NCBI GenBank assembly: GCA_037441905.1
Contig: JBBIRF010000006.1
Span: forward strand, 18,675-82,674
Length of the DNA stretch: 64,000 bases
From: Candidatus Aminicenantes bacterium
Lineage (GTDB): Bacteria > Acidobacteriota > Aminicenantia > Aminicenantales > CALLJL01
Direction: 5' to 3'
Made by a program: the position numbers and the translations under genes. The stretch's first letter is position 1, and each line of letters opens with the position of its first letter. Shown in pieces: positions 1 to 10,072 of this stretch. The notes beneath the pieces were generated by a model. The model saw only the letters and a program-made list of their open reading frames with translations, did no database searches and was not told the origin of the DNA.

Positions 1-1706
1 AAGGAAAGCTCCTTCCGGAGGAAGCCAAAAACCAAGGTTACGCCCAGGTTGGCCGGCAGCCCAAGAACTCCGCTGACCAATGGCGCAAGACCACGATTGA
101 TTAAGAAATCAACCCGGCTGAGCTGAAGGAGGCTCAAAACCAGGCTGCCAGCAATCAAAATCGGCCAGGCAAACTGGACAAAAGAGCGCAGCTGCCAGCC
201 GACCTTGGAAAAGATAATCCGGACTGAAGGGAGTTTGAGCGAGGGAATCTCGAGGATAAGTCCCGGGGAGGGGTCCTTGAAGAAAAAGGCTAAAAACCGG
301 CCGACCAATCCCACCACGGCTATCTGGAAAAAATAGAAGCCCATCGCCCACCAGGGACCAAGAAAGAAGGCAATAATGGCCAGGATAACGGTTGTCCGGG
401 CCGAACAGGGAATAAAAGGAATCAATAAGGAGGTCAGGAAACGGTCCCGGGGCGACTCTAAGATTCTGGTGCTGACCACAGCCGGGACGTTGCAGCCGAA
501 CCCGAGGATAAAAGGCGCCACCGACTTTCCATGCAGGCCTATCCGGTGCATCAGGGCATCGAGAAGGAACCCGGCTCTGGCTAAATAGCCCAGGTCTTCG
601 AGAAAAGCCATCAGGAAAAGCAACGGCAGGAAATAGGGCAAAACAATAGCTACCCCGGCCCCGAGCCCCTGGGTCAAGCCGTCGGCCAGCGAGAGAACAA
701 TTCCAGGCAAAGCAAGGCTATTCAGCCAGGATTGAAGTTTTGCCCAGGGTTGGAGCAACAACTGCTCCAGCGGGTTGCCGATAAGAAAAATCAGGAAGAA
801 AAAAAGACAGAAAACCAGGAAAAGGATGGGATAACCAAGAAGCGGGTGCATCAGCAAGCTGTCTATTTTCTCTTCCCAGCTTACCTTCGAACCCCGCTCC
901 ACGCGGGCAACTGCCTCGAGAATCTTGAGCGCTAAGTGGTGTCTCTCGGCCGCCAAAACTTCGTATGCAGGCCGTTGCCGCTTGGCTTCTAATTGGCGGC
1001 GGGCCTCTTCCACCTTTTTTTTCAGCGGAAGGCTTATTTCCTCGAGAATTTCATGACAAAAGGTCTCGCCAGCTTCAATCAGTTTGACCGCAGTGAAACG
1101 GCGGTTAGCGACGATGCAGAAATTTTCGGGAAGCGAGGCGGCGAGCTCGGCCACTATTTTTTCAACGTCGGCCGTCCAGGATAGGGGCTTGGGGAGACAA
1201 TTAAGCTTCAGACATTCGGAGCAGCGCGAGAGAAGCTCCTTAACTCCCCTCCCCCGGTTGGCCACAGTAACCACCACCGGAATCCCTAAAACCTCCTCGA
1301 GCTTCCGGGCGTTGATTTTGATTCCCTTTTTTTCCGCCAGGTCTACCATATTCAGGACAAGCACTATCGGCCTCTCTAACTCCAACAATTCCAGGGTCAA
1401 CTCCAGGCTCCGACCTAATAAGGAAGAGTCAATGACATTGACAATAAGGTCGGGCGGCTCCTGGAAAAGATGGCCGAGGGCGGCTTTTTCGGCCGGGTCT
1501 GAAGGGTTCAACGAATAAGTGCCAGGGAGGTCGACTATCCGCCAAACCTGGCCGTTGACATAAACCTGACTATGGGTGTGGGTGACGGTTGTCCCGGGGA
1601 AGTTGGACGTCTGGGCTTTAGGTCCGGCAATGGCGTTAAAGAGAGTGCTTTTGCCGCTATTAGGCTGACCGATGAAGACGATAACCGGACCATCAGGCCT
1701 GGCCAT
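1..1706 (-). CDS. feoB: Ferrous iron transporter FeoB (3' end beyond window edge; absent from ORF track)
   Basis: Hand translation from ATG 1706: MARPDGPVIVFIGQPNSGKSTLFNAI (G1), SNFPGTT (G2), DLPGTYSL (G3), NMVD (G4). The last codons in the window read ...VTLVFGFLRKELS (FeoB membrane domain). Overlaps the feoA end. Confidence 0.95.
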   Translation of the reverse strand, partial: MARPDGPVIVFIGQPNSGKSTLFNAIAGPKAQTSNFPGTTVTHTHSQVYVNGQVWRIVDLPGTYSLNPSDPAEKAALGHLFQEPPDLIVNVIDSSLLGRSLELTLELLELERPIVLVLNMVDLAEKKGIKINARKLEEVLGIPVVVTVANRGRGVKELLSRCSECLKLNCLPKPLSWTADVEKIVAELAASLPENFCIVANRRFTAVKLIEAGETFCHEILEEISLPLKKKVEEARRQLEAKRQRPAYEVLAAERHHLALKILEAVARVERGSKVSWEEKIDSLLMHPLLGYPILFLVFCLFFFLIFLIGNPLEQLLLQPWAKLQSWLNSLALPGIVLSLADGLTQGLGAGVAIVLPYFLPLLFLMAFLEDLGYLARAGFLLDALMHRIGLHGKSVAPFILGFGCNVPAVVSTRILESPRDRFLTSLLIPFIPCSARTTVILAIIAFFLGPWWAMGFYFFQIAVVGLVGRFLAFFFKDPSPGLILEIPSLKLPSVRIIFSKVGWQLRSFVQFAWPILIAGSLVLSLLQLSRVDFLINRGLAPLVSGVLGLPANLGVTLVFGFLRKELS

Positions 1707-1950
1707 CGAGGACTTCCACCAGGATTTTATGGGCTATTCCCCGACCGAGGGCAACCGTCGTATCGGAGCTAAGACTTTTCACCAGGAAAGGACCGCCAAA
1801 AATGGCCCCTGAGTTCCGCTCGACTAAATCACCCTTATGAAAACCCAGGGCCAGAAGGCGACGGCGGACGCCATGGCCGCCGAGGATGTCAACAATCCGC
1901 AGAGGCTTTCCTGGGGGTGCTTCGCTTAACCTAACCACCTTGTCGGCCAT
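1693..1950 (-). CDS. feoA: Ferrous iron transport protein FeoA
   Basis: 85 aa SH3-like FeoA pattern (RRLLALGF..G..V, VALGRGIAHKILVE), directly upstream of feoB. Confidence 0.93.
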   Translation of the reverse strand: MADKVVRLSEAPPGKPLRIVDILGGHGVRRRLLALGFHKGDLVERNSGAIFGGPFLVKSLSSDTTVALGRGIAHKILVEVLDGQA

Positions 1951-1965
1951 GGGTCTTCCCTGCCT

Positions 1966-1986
1966 AATTGAGAAAAATTCTCACTT
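1966..1986. promoter_or_regulatory. Palindromic Fur-like operator
   Basis: AAT-TGAGAA-AAA-TTCTCA-CTT lies between the -10 box and the feoA start; resembles the 7-1-7 Fur box TGA(T/G)AAT-N-ATT(A/C)TCA. Confidence 0.65.
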
Positions 1987-1988
1987 AT

Positions 1989-2017
1989 ATGATACCGCTT
2001 CCGGGGTCTCAAATCAA
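1989..2017 (-). promoter_or_regulatory. Sigma70-type promoter of feoAB
   Basis: Minus strand TTGATT (2017-2012)-N17-TATCAT (1994-1989). Confidence 0.7.
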
Positions 2018-2167
2018 GACTTCCTGGGTTTGTCTTTTTTAGGCGCTTAAGCCTAAAATAATATTCTAATTAGATGAGAACCATGGATTCTTCTTCAATT
2101 CTTTATTTTCTCCAGGGAAAAGGGCTTTGATCTTTAAGATTAGCGAGCGCTATTCAAGGAGGCAAGA

Positions 2168-4264
2168 ATGAAAAAGGGACGGTATTTGGTCATCTCATGG
2201 ATTCTAATCATTATCCTTTCCCTTTCGCTTAAAGCCGACGAAGGCCTGTGGCCTTTCAACCAGGTGCCGGTTGACTTGATCAAGAAAAAATACGGCGTTA
2301 CTCTGACCCAGGAATGGCTTGACCACCTCCGCCTGGCCTCGATTCGCTTCGGCGGAGCTTCGGCTTCCTTTGTCTCGCCTGACGGTCTGATTCTGACCAA
2401 CCATCATGTCGGCCAGCGGGCTATCCAGAACTTGAGCACACCCGAACGGGACTTGATGAAAACAGGGTTCTATGCCCGGACGAAAGAGGAAGAGCTGAAA
2501 TGCCCCGGCGTCGAGCTCTGGGTTCTTGAGGGAATCGAGGACGTAACCTCCCGCGTGCTTTCGGCTGAAAAGCCGGGGATGACGGCGGCTGAGGCGGCCG
2601 CAGCCCGCGAAAAGGTCATCGCCCAAATCGAAAAAGAAACGGCGGATAAGGCCGGGCTCAAAGCTTCTGTAGTTACGCTCTACTCCGGCGGTATGTATCA
2701 CCTGTATAAATACAAGGTTTATACTGATGTCAGGCTTGTTTTTGCGCCCGAGTTTGCCATCGCCTTTTTTGGCGGCGACCCGGACAATTTCACTTACCCG
2801 CGTTATGACCTTGACATCACTTTTTTCCGGGCCTATGAAAATGGCCAGCCCGCCAAGACACCCCACTATCTTCGCTGGAGCCAGAAAGGGGTCAAAGAAG
2901 GAGACGTGGTTTTCGTCTCTGGCAACCCCGGCTCGACCGGAAGGCTTCTTACTCTGGCTCAGCTGGAGTTCCTGCGCGACGTTAGCTATCCTTTCACTAT
3001 TGCCAATTATCAAAGAAGAAGAGCTCTCCTCCAGGCGTACAGCCAAAAAGGCGAAGAACAGGCCCGCATCGCCTTGAATACGCTTTTCGGCATCGAGAAC
3101 AGTCTTAAGGCCGTCACCGGGTATAATTCCGGGCTGCTCGACCCGAAAGTCATGGAAAAGAAGGCTAAGGAAGAGGCTGAGTTGAAGCGGGCGGTGGCCG
3201 CCGACCCGAATTTAGCTAAGGAGTTTGGCCGCGCCTGGGACGAAATCGCCGCCGCCCAGAAGGTTTATGCCGAAATATTCAAGCCACTGGCCTTTTTCGA
3301 GCGAGCCCAGGGTTTCAATTCAGTTTATTTTACCCTCGCCCGTAACCTTATCCGCTTAGCCGAGGAGCGCCTGAAACCAAACGAGCTTCGGTTGCGCGAA
3401 TATCGCGATTCTAACCTGCCCTCGGTCGAGCGGTCGATTCTCTCGCCCGCGCCGATATATGATGACTTCGAGATAGTGAAGCTTGCCGATTCTCTCTCGC
3501 AGCTTAAAGAAGAGCTGCCCGGTATGTGGGAAGTACGCTGGCTGCTTGGCGCTAAACCCGCTGATGAGCTTGCCCGGGAACTCGTCGCTCGAACCAAACT
3601 CAAAGACATGGAAGTACGGAAAAAGCTTCTTCAGGCGAAGCCCGAGGAGATATACCAGGTCGACGACGCCATGATTAAGCTCGCCCTCCTCGTCGACCCG
3701 GTCTCGAGGGGGTTAAGAGCCCGGTATGAAAAAGAGGTGGAATCTGTTGAAAACACTAACGGCGGTCTTATCGCCCGGGCTATCTTTAAACTCAAGGGGA
3801 CCTCGGTCCCTCCGGACGCAACCTCAACCTTACGGTTAAGCTTCGGGGTGGTCAAAAGTTACCGCGAAAACGGCCGCTGGATACCTTTCCAGACTAATTT
3901 TGCCGGCCTGTATGAACGAGCCAGACAGTTCGGTTTCAAGTTTCCGTATGAGCTGCCCGCGAGTTTCGTCGAGAAAAAGAACGCCCTTAACCTGAAGGTG
4001 CCGTTGAACTTCGTCGCCACGGCCGACTCAATCGGCGGAAACTCCGGCTCACCCGTGGTCAATGTTAAAGGAGAGCTGGTGGGTGTTCTTTTTGACGGCA
4101 ACATCCAATCCCTGCCGAACCGGTTCGTTTACACCGAGGAGCAGGCACGTTCGGTCATGGTGCATAGCCAGGGAATTATCGAGGCTCTGCTCAAGGTATA
4201 CGGCGCCAAGGAACTTGTGGCCGAACTCCTCGGAAAAATGGGGACAACTATGTGCGCCTCATAA
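2168..4264 (+). CDS. S46 family dipeptidyl peptidase, DPP7-type
   Basis: Signal peptide then DEGLWPFN, TNHHV (His) and GGNSGSPV (Ser). Gly lies 18 residues after the catalytic Ser (LFDGN), the DPP7-type position; DPP11 has Arg there. Confidence 0.93.
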   Translation: MKKGRYLVISWILIIILSLSLKADEGLWPFNQVPVDLIKKKYGVTLTQEWLDHLRLASIRFGGASASFVSPDGLILTNHHVGQRAIQNLSTPERDLMKTGFYARTKEEELKCPGVELWVLEGIEDVTSRVLSAEKPGMTAAEAAAAREKVIAQIEKETADKAGLKASVVTLYSGGMYHLYKYKVYTDVRLVFAPEFAIAFFGGDPDNFTYPRYDLDITFFRAYENGQPAKTPHYLRWSQKGVKEGDVVFVSGNPGSTGRLLTLAQLEFLRDVSYPFTIANYQRRRALLQAYSQKGEEQARIALNTLFGIENSLKAVTGYNSGLLDPKVMEKKAKEEAELKRAVAADPNLAKEFGRAWDEIAAAQKVYAEIFKPLAFFERAQGFNSVYFTLARNLIRLAEERLKPNELRLREYRDSNLPSVERSILSPAPIYDDFEIVKLADSLSQLKEELPGMWEVRWLLGAKPADELARELVARTKLKDMEVRKKLLQAKPEEIYQVDDAMIKLALLVDPVSRGLRARYEKEVESVENTNGGLIARAIFKLKGTSVPPDATSTLRLSFGVVKSYRENGRWIPFQTNFAGLYERARQFGFKFPYELPASFVEKKNALNLKVPLNFVATADSIGGNSGSPVVNVKGELVGVLFDGNIQSLPNRFVYTEEQARSVMVHSQGIIEALLKVYGAKELVAELLGKMGTTMCAS

Positions 4265-4281
4265 TTTATATTTCCTATTTC
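4236..4281 (+). repeat. Dispersed bipartite repeat, copy A (with 15-nt insertion)
   Basis: AAATGGGGACA + ACTATGTGCGCCTCA + TAATT + TATATTTCCTATTTT; overlaps the last codons and stop of the S46 gene. Confidence 0.7.
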
Positions 4282-4357
4282 TTAATCATCGCGCGCCGGT
4301 TATACTTCTATTAAGATCGGGACACGGTATCTTGCTAAAATGGCGCTATGTAGGCAA

Positions 4358-4388
4358 AAATCGGGACATGAACTATATTTCCTATTTT
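4358..4388 (+). repeat. Dispersed bipartite repeat, copy B
   Basis: AAATCGGGACA-TGAAC-TATATTTCCTATTTT. Confidence 0.85.
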
Positions 4389-5055
4389 TTGATAGCCAAA
4401 CAGGCAGCTCGTTTTTTGCGCCAAAACCCTGGCGGAAAAACTGGCCACTGAAAATTTAACTGTAATTTATTTTTTATATTTTTTAAATTTTATATCTAAA
4501 AAGGAAATTTTTGCCTGAAGAAACAAAGGCCCTTATTGCCTGTTTTTCTTGCCAGGTGCGCCCTTTTCTTCAAGGTCGAACGCGATTCCCCCCCTTCCTG
4601 TCGTGTCTTAAGTTTGCTGCATTATCTTATTTTAGATTTCAGACCACAACATTCCCTGTCGAATGATGTTAAACGGTTTATCCTATCGCGGCACGCTACT
4701 CACCTCCCCTTTATTTCTTTCCTTAGCCAATATTTGTTATGTTCCATGGATAAGTTTTTTCGTGATAAAAAATCAGCCATTGAATGCTTATCCTTCCGTC
4801 GCTCCAGATTGCTACTTAAGTATTGGCTTTTTGCCGATTTGACCCTATGAGTTCTTATTATTGAATATTACCGACGAAATAAACGCGGTAAGCTGGCTGC
4901 CCAGAATAGGCGGAGAAAGAAAACTATATCTTAAACAGTTATCGCACCACGGACATAGTGCTCAGTTACCAAAGCTCAGGGACTGCTCTGAAGATTGAGA
5001 TATTAAGATATAGAATCAGGATTCCCCTGAACCTGCTCGCCTGAGAAAACGTCAA

Positions 5056-5086
5056 AAAATAGGAAATATAAATTATGTCCTCATTT
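5056..5086 (-). repeat. Dispersed bipartite repeat, copy C (inverted)
   Basis: Reverse complement reads AAATGAGGACA-TAATT-TATATTTCCTATTTT; its last 22 nt are a perfect inverted match to 4260-4281. Confidence 0.85.
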
Positions 5087-5108
5087 AATCTAAAATAGGG
5101 GCAAGTAG

Positions 5109-5139
5109 AAAATAGGAAATATAGGTCATGTCCCTATTT
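5109..5139 (-). repeat. Dispersed bipartite repeat, copy D (inverted)
   Basis: Reverse complement reads AAATAGGGACA-TGACC-TATATTTCCTATTTT; self-complementary AAATAGG...CCTATTT ends. Confidence 0.85.
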
Positions 5140-5177
5140 AATTGACTTATCCAGGGTATTCTGTTAAATAATAAGAA

Positions 5178-7787
5178 ATGTATAAATGGGTTTTAAACAA
5201 GCTCTTCGGCACCAAGAACGAGCGCGACCTTAAGAAACTCCGTCCTTACGTTGCCGCCATCAACGAGCTTGAGCCCTCCGTCCGAAAGCTCACTGATGCC
5301 CAGCTCCAGGCTAAAACAGCCGAGTTTAAACAAAGGTTAGCTCAGGGGGCTTCGCTCGAAGACATCCTGATTGAGAGTTTTGCCGTTGTCCGCGAAGTAG
5401 CCCGCCGGACTATCAACATGCGACATTTCGACGTCCAGCTCATGGGCGGCATCGTCCTCCACCAAGGGAAAATTGCCGAGATGAAGACGGGTGAAGGGAA
5501 AACCCTGGTGGCCACGCTTCCTGCCTACCTTAACGCCCTCGAGGGCAAAGGCGTCCACATCGTTACGGTCAATGATTATCTGGCCAAAAGAGACGCCGAA
5601 TGGATGGGCCCAATCTATAAATTCCTGGGCCTGAGCGTTGGCGTCATCCAGCATGAAATGCCCGACGCCGACCGCAAGAAGGCCTATCTCAGCGACATCA
5701 CTTACGGGACGAACAACGAATTCGGTTTCGACTATCTGCGGGATAACATGAAGTTCAGGCTCGAAGACATGGTCCAGAGAGGCCACCATTATGCCATCGT
5801 CGACGAAGTCGACAGCATCCTGATTGACGAAGCCAGGACGCCGCTGATTATTTCCGGCCCGACCGAGGAATCAACCGACCTCTATTTCCGGATCGATAAC
5901 TTTGTCCGCCGACTCCAGAAAGACCGCCATTTCAAAGTGGACGAGAAAACCAGGACCGTCGCCCTACTCGAAGAAGGCGTGGCCGAGGCCGAAAAGTATT
6001 TCCGTGTTCCCAACCTCTACGACCTGGCATACATGGACCTTGTTCACCATATTAACCAGGCTCTCAAAGCTCATCATCTGTTTAAACGGGACGTCGATTA
6101 TATGGTCAAAGACGGCAAGGTCATCATCGTCGACGAGTTCACTGGCCGGTTAATGCCCGGCCGCCGTTATAGCGACGGCCTCCATCAGGCCCTCGAGGCC
6201 AAAGAAAGAGTGAGGGTAGAACAGGAATACCAGACCTTAGCCTCGGTCACTTTTCAGAACTATTTCCGGATGTATAAAAAGCTCGCCGGGATGACCGGTA
6301 CCGCGGCCACTGAAGCCGCCGAATTTATGGCCATCTACAACCTCGACGTCGTCGAAATTCCGACGAATAAACCGCTTATCCGTTATGAATATCCTGATGT
6401 CGTCTACCGAACGGCCAAAGAAAAATGGGAGGCTGTGGTCAACGAAATCATTCAGGCGCATGAAAAAGGTCGCCCGGCCCTTGTAGGCACGGTCTCGATC
6501 GAAAAATCAGAACATCTGAGCTCCCTCCTGCGCAAGCGAGGCATTAAACATGTTGTTCTTAACGCCAAGTACCACGAACAAGAGGCCAGAATCATCGCCC
6601 AGGCAGGACGGGTCGGCGCCGTAACCATCGCCACCAACATGGCGGGACGAGGTGTTGACATCCTCCTGGGTGGTAACCCAGAATTCATGGCCAAAGAAAA
6701 CCTGCGGAAAGCCGGCATCGAACCGGAAAAAGCCTCCCCCGAGCAGTGGGAAAAAGCTCTCGAGGAAGCCCGTCGAATTACCGAAGAAGAACACAAAAAG
6801 GTAGTTTCGCTCGATGGCCTTTATGTTATCGGGACAGAACGGCACGAGAGCCGTCGCATCGACAACCAGCTCCGCGGCCGGGCTGGCCGCCAGGGCGACC
6901 CGGGCGCCTCGAAATTTTTCCTGTCTCTCGAGGACGACTTGATGCGCATCTTCGGCAGCGACCGGCTGTCGGGGCTGATGGCCCGCATCGGGATGAAGGA
7001 AGGCGTTCCGATAGAGCATAAAATGGTCTCGAAGGCTATCGAGCGGGCGCAAAAACAGGTCGAAGCCCAAAACTTCTCCATCCGCAAGCACCTGCTGGAA
7101 TACGACGACGTGATGAACAAGCAGCGGGAGACTATCTACCGGATGCGCCGCGAAATTCTTGAAGGCAAGGATATGCGCTCTTATTTTGTCGAAGTGGTGG
7201 AAAACATCCTCGACTGGCTGCTTGATACCCATGCCAACAAAGATCGGCATCCCGAAGACTGGGACCGGGAAGCCTTGCGTAATGCTATCGGGTCGCAGTT
7301 TGGCCTGGACATCGAAACCCTCGGCATCAACTGGGACGAGGTAAATTACGAGGAGCTCCGCGAGAAGATCTTGATAGCCCTGATGGCAATTTATGAAGAA
7401 AAAGAGCGCCTGCTGACCCCCGCCCGAATGCGCGAGTTCGAGAGAATAATCCTCCTCCAGGTAATAGATAGTCAGTGGAAGGACCATCTTCTAGGAATGG
7501 ATTATCTGCGGGAAGGAATCGGGCTGAGGGGTTATGGTCAGCGTGACCCGTTGGTCGAGTACAAGAAGGAAAGCTTCGAAATGTTCCAGGCCATGTTAGA
7601 CCGGATAGAGGAAGAGGCTGTCCGTTATATCTTCCTCTTTCAACCGGTCATCGTCGAGCGAGAGGAAGCTCCGAGCCGACCGACCCGCCGGCTCTTCTAC
7701 GGCGCGCCGGAACAGGCCCTCGAAAGAGCGCCCTCTTTCCGCCGCGAAGCCCGGGCTGTCATTCCCAAGAAAAGGAAAAGAAGATAA
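5178..7787 (+). CDS. secA: Preprotein translocase ATPase SecA
   Basis: [57 protein letters not shown]; no C-terminal SEC-C motif. Confidence 0.99.
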   Translation: MYKWVLNKLFGTKNERDLKKLRPYVAAINELEPSVRKLTDAQLQAKTAEFKQRLAQGASLEDILIESFAVVREVARRTINMRHFDVQLMGGIVLHQGKIAEMKTGEGKTLVATLPAYLNALEGKGVHIVTVNDYLAKRDAEWMGPIYKFLGLSVGVIQHEMPDADRKKAYLSDITYGTNNEFGFDYLRDNMKFRLEDMVQRGHHYAIVDEVDSILIDEARTPLIISGPTEESTDLYFRIDNFVRRLQKDRHFKVDEKTRTVALLEEGVAEAEKYFRVPNLYDLAYMDLVHHINQALKAHHLFKRDVDYMVKDGKVIIVDEFTGRLMPGRRYSDGLHQALEAKERVRVEQEYQTLASVTFQNYFRMYKKLAGMTGTAATEAAEFMAIYNLDVVEIPTNKPLIRYEYPDVVYRTAKEKWEAVVNEIIQAHEKGRPALVGTVSIEKSEHLSSLLRKRGIKHVVLNAKYHEQEARIIAQAGRVGAVTIATNMAGRGVDILLGGNPEFMAKENLRKAGIEPEKASPEQWEKALEEARRITEEEHKKVVSLDGLYVIGTERHESRRIDNQLRGRAGRQGDPGASKFFLSLEDDLMRIFGSDRLSGLMARIGMKEGVPIEHKMVSKAIERAQKQVEAQNFSIRKHLLEYDDVMNKQRETIYRMRREILEGKDMRSYFVEVVENILDWLLDTHANKDRHPEDWDREALRNAIGSQFGLDIETLGINWDEVNYEELREKILIALMAIYEEKERLLTPARMREFERIILLQVIDSQWKDHLLGMDYLREGIGLRGYGQRDPLVEYKKESFEMFQAMLDRIEEEAVRYIFLFQPVIVEREEAPSRPTRRLFYGAPEQALERAPSFRREARAVIPKKRKRR

Positions 7788-7795
7788 TAAGATAA

Positions 7796-9277
<1,482 letters not shown>

Positions 9278-9293
9278 ATAGCGAGGGAGAAAA

Positions 9294-9722
9294 ATGAAAA
9301 AAAGCTGGCGTTGTTTCATCTGTCAGGACATTCATGTCGGCAATAAACCACCCGAAATTTGCCCGACTTGCGGCGCCAGAAACGCCTACGTGGAAGTATC
9401 CACGACCGAAGCCGTAGCCATTGCCCAAGCTTTTCCCCGGCAAGTAAACCAGGAAACTTTCTTGCGGACTGTCGAGGCGCTCGCCGCCGCGAACGAATTC
9501 CGCTTGAACCCCGACCGAGATAAAGTCAGCCTTTTACTCGAAGGTATTTTTAACAATGAAAAAAACCACGGGTACAAGTTCTGTCCGTGCCGCCTCCAGA
9601 CCAAAGATTTCCTCGAAGACATGAAGCTTATCTGTCCCTGCAATTTTTTAGTCCATGAAACCTACCGGGGTCGGCCTGACGGGGAATGCTGGTGCGGCCT
9701 GTTTCAAAGGAGGCAAGCATGA
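9294..9722 (+). CDS. Rubredoxin-like domain fused to ferredoxin-thioredoxin reductase catalytic subunit
   Basis: N-terminal CFIC-x12-CPTC; C-terminal CPCR, CPC and CWCGLF motifs of the FTR catalytic fold. Confidence 0.88.
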   Translation: MKKSWRCFICQDIHVGNKPPEICPTCGARNAYVEVSTTEAVAIAQAFPRQVNQETFLRTVEALAAANEFRLNPDRDKVSLLLEGIFNNEKNHGYKFCPCRLQTKDFLEDMKLICPCNFLVHETYRGRPDGECWCGLFQRRQA

Positions 9723-10015
9723 AAAAAATTATCATGTTTTATGCTCGGGAGTGTCCGCATTGTCGCGTCATGCTGCCGGTGGTTGACCGTCTCGAAAAGG
9801 AAACTGGCATCACCTTTGAGCGGCTGGAGGTCTGGCATGACGAGAAAAACGCTGACTTGATGCGCTCCTGGCGGCACGTCCTCGCTCCAGCCTGCGGGGG
9901 ACAGTTAAGGACACCAACTTTCTTTGAACCAGAAAGCCAAGCGGTGCTTTGCGGCGAAGTCCCTTATGAAAAACTAAAAGATTGGGCGGAAAAGGCTCTC
10001 AGCCTTAAAGCTTAA
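9719..10015 (+). CDS. Thioredoxin/glutaredoxin-like protein
   Basis: Start moved to ATG 9719 (AGGAGG SD, ATGA overlap with the upstream stop); FYARECPHC active site, RTPTF cis-Pro loop. Confidence 0.88.
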   Translation: MKKIIMFYARECPHCRVMLPVVDRLEKETGITFERLEVWHDEKNADLMRSWRHVLAPACGGQLRTPTFFEPESQAVLCGEVPYEKLKDWAEKALSLKA

Positions 10016-10072
10016 GGTTCGCCCGGCAACAACCTGGCTTCATTTCGAAAGGAAATCCCAACCTTAGACCTT

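Noticed and set aside
2204-3046. Long antisense or shadow ORFs (e.g. 2204-3046, 6507-7487, 25034-25795, 51200-51970)
   Set aside because: They overlap well-supported genes on the opposite strand and carry no motifs; expected from codon bias.
4690-4715. Minus-strand GGGGAGGTGAGTAGC resembling the yybP-ykoY start
   Set aside because: The motif is interrupted, there is no matching 3' element and no downstream gene.
4536-4850. 104-aa ORF inside the non-coding island
   Set aside because: TTG start without SD, atypical composition, no motif.
4978-5066. Partial TPP-riboswitch-like string (AGGGA..TGAGA..TTCCCCTGAACCTG) upstream of secA
   Set aside because: The 3' half (ATC-GG-TAAT-CC-GCG-AGGGA) and P1 pairing are missing, and secA is not a thiamine gene.
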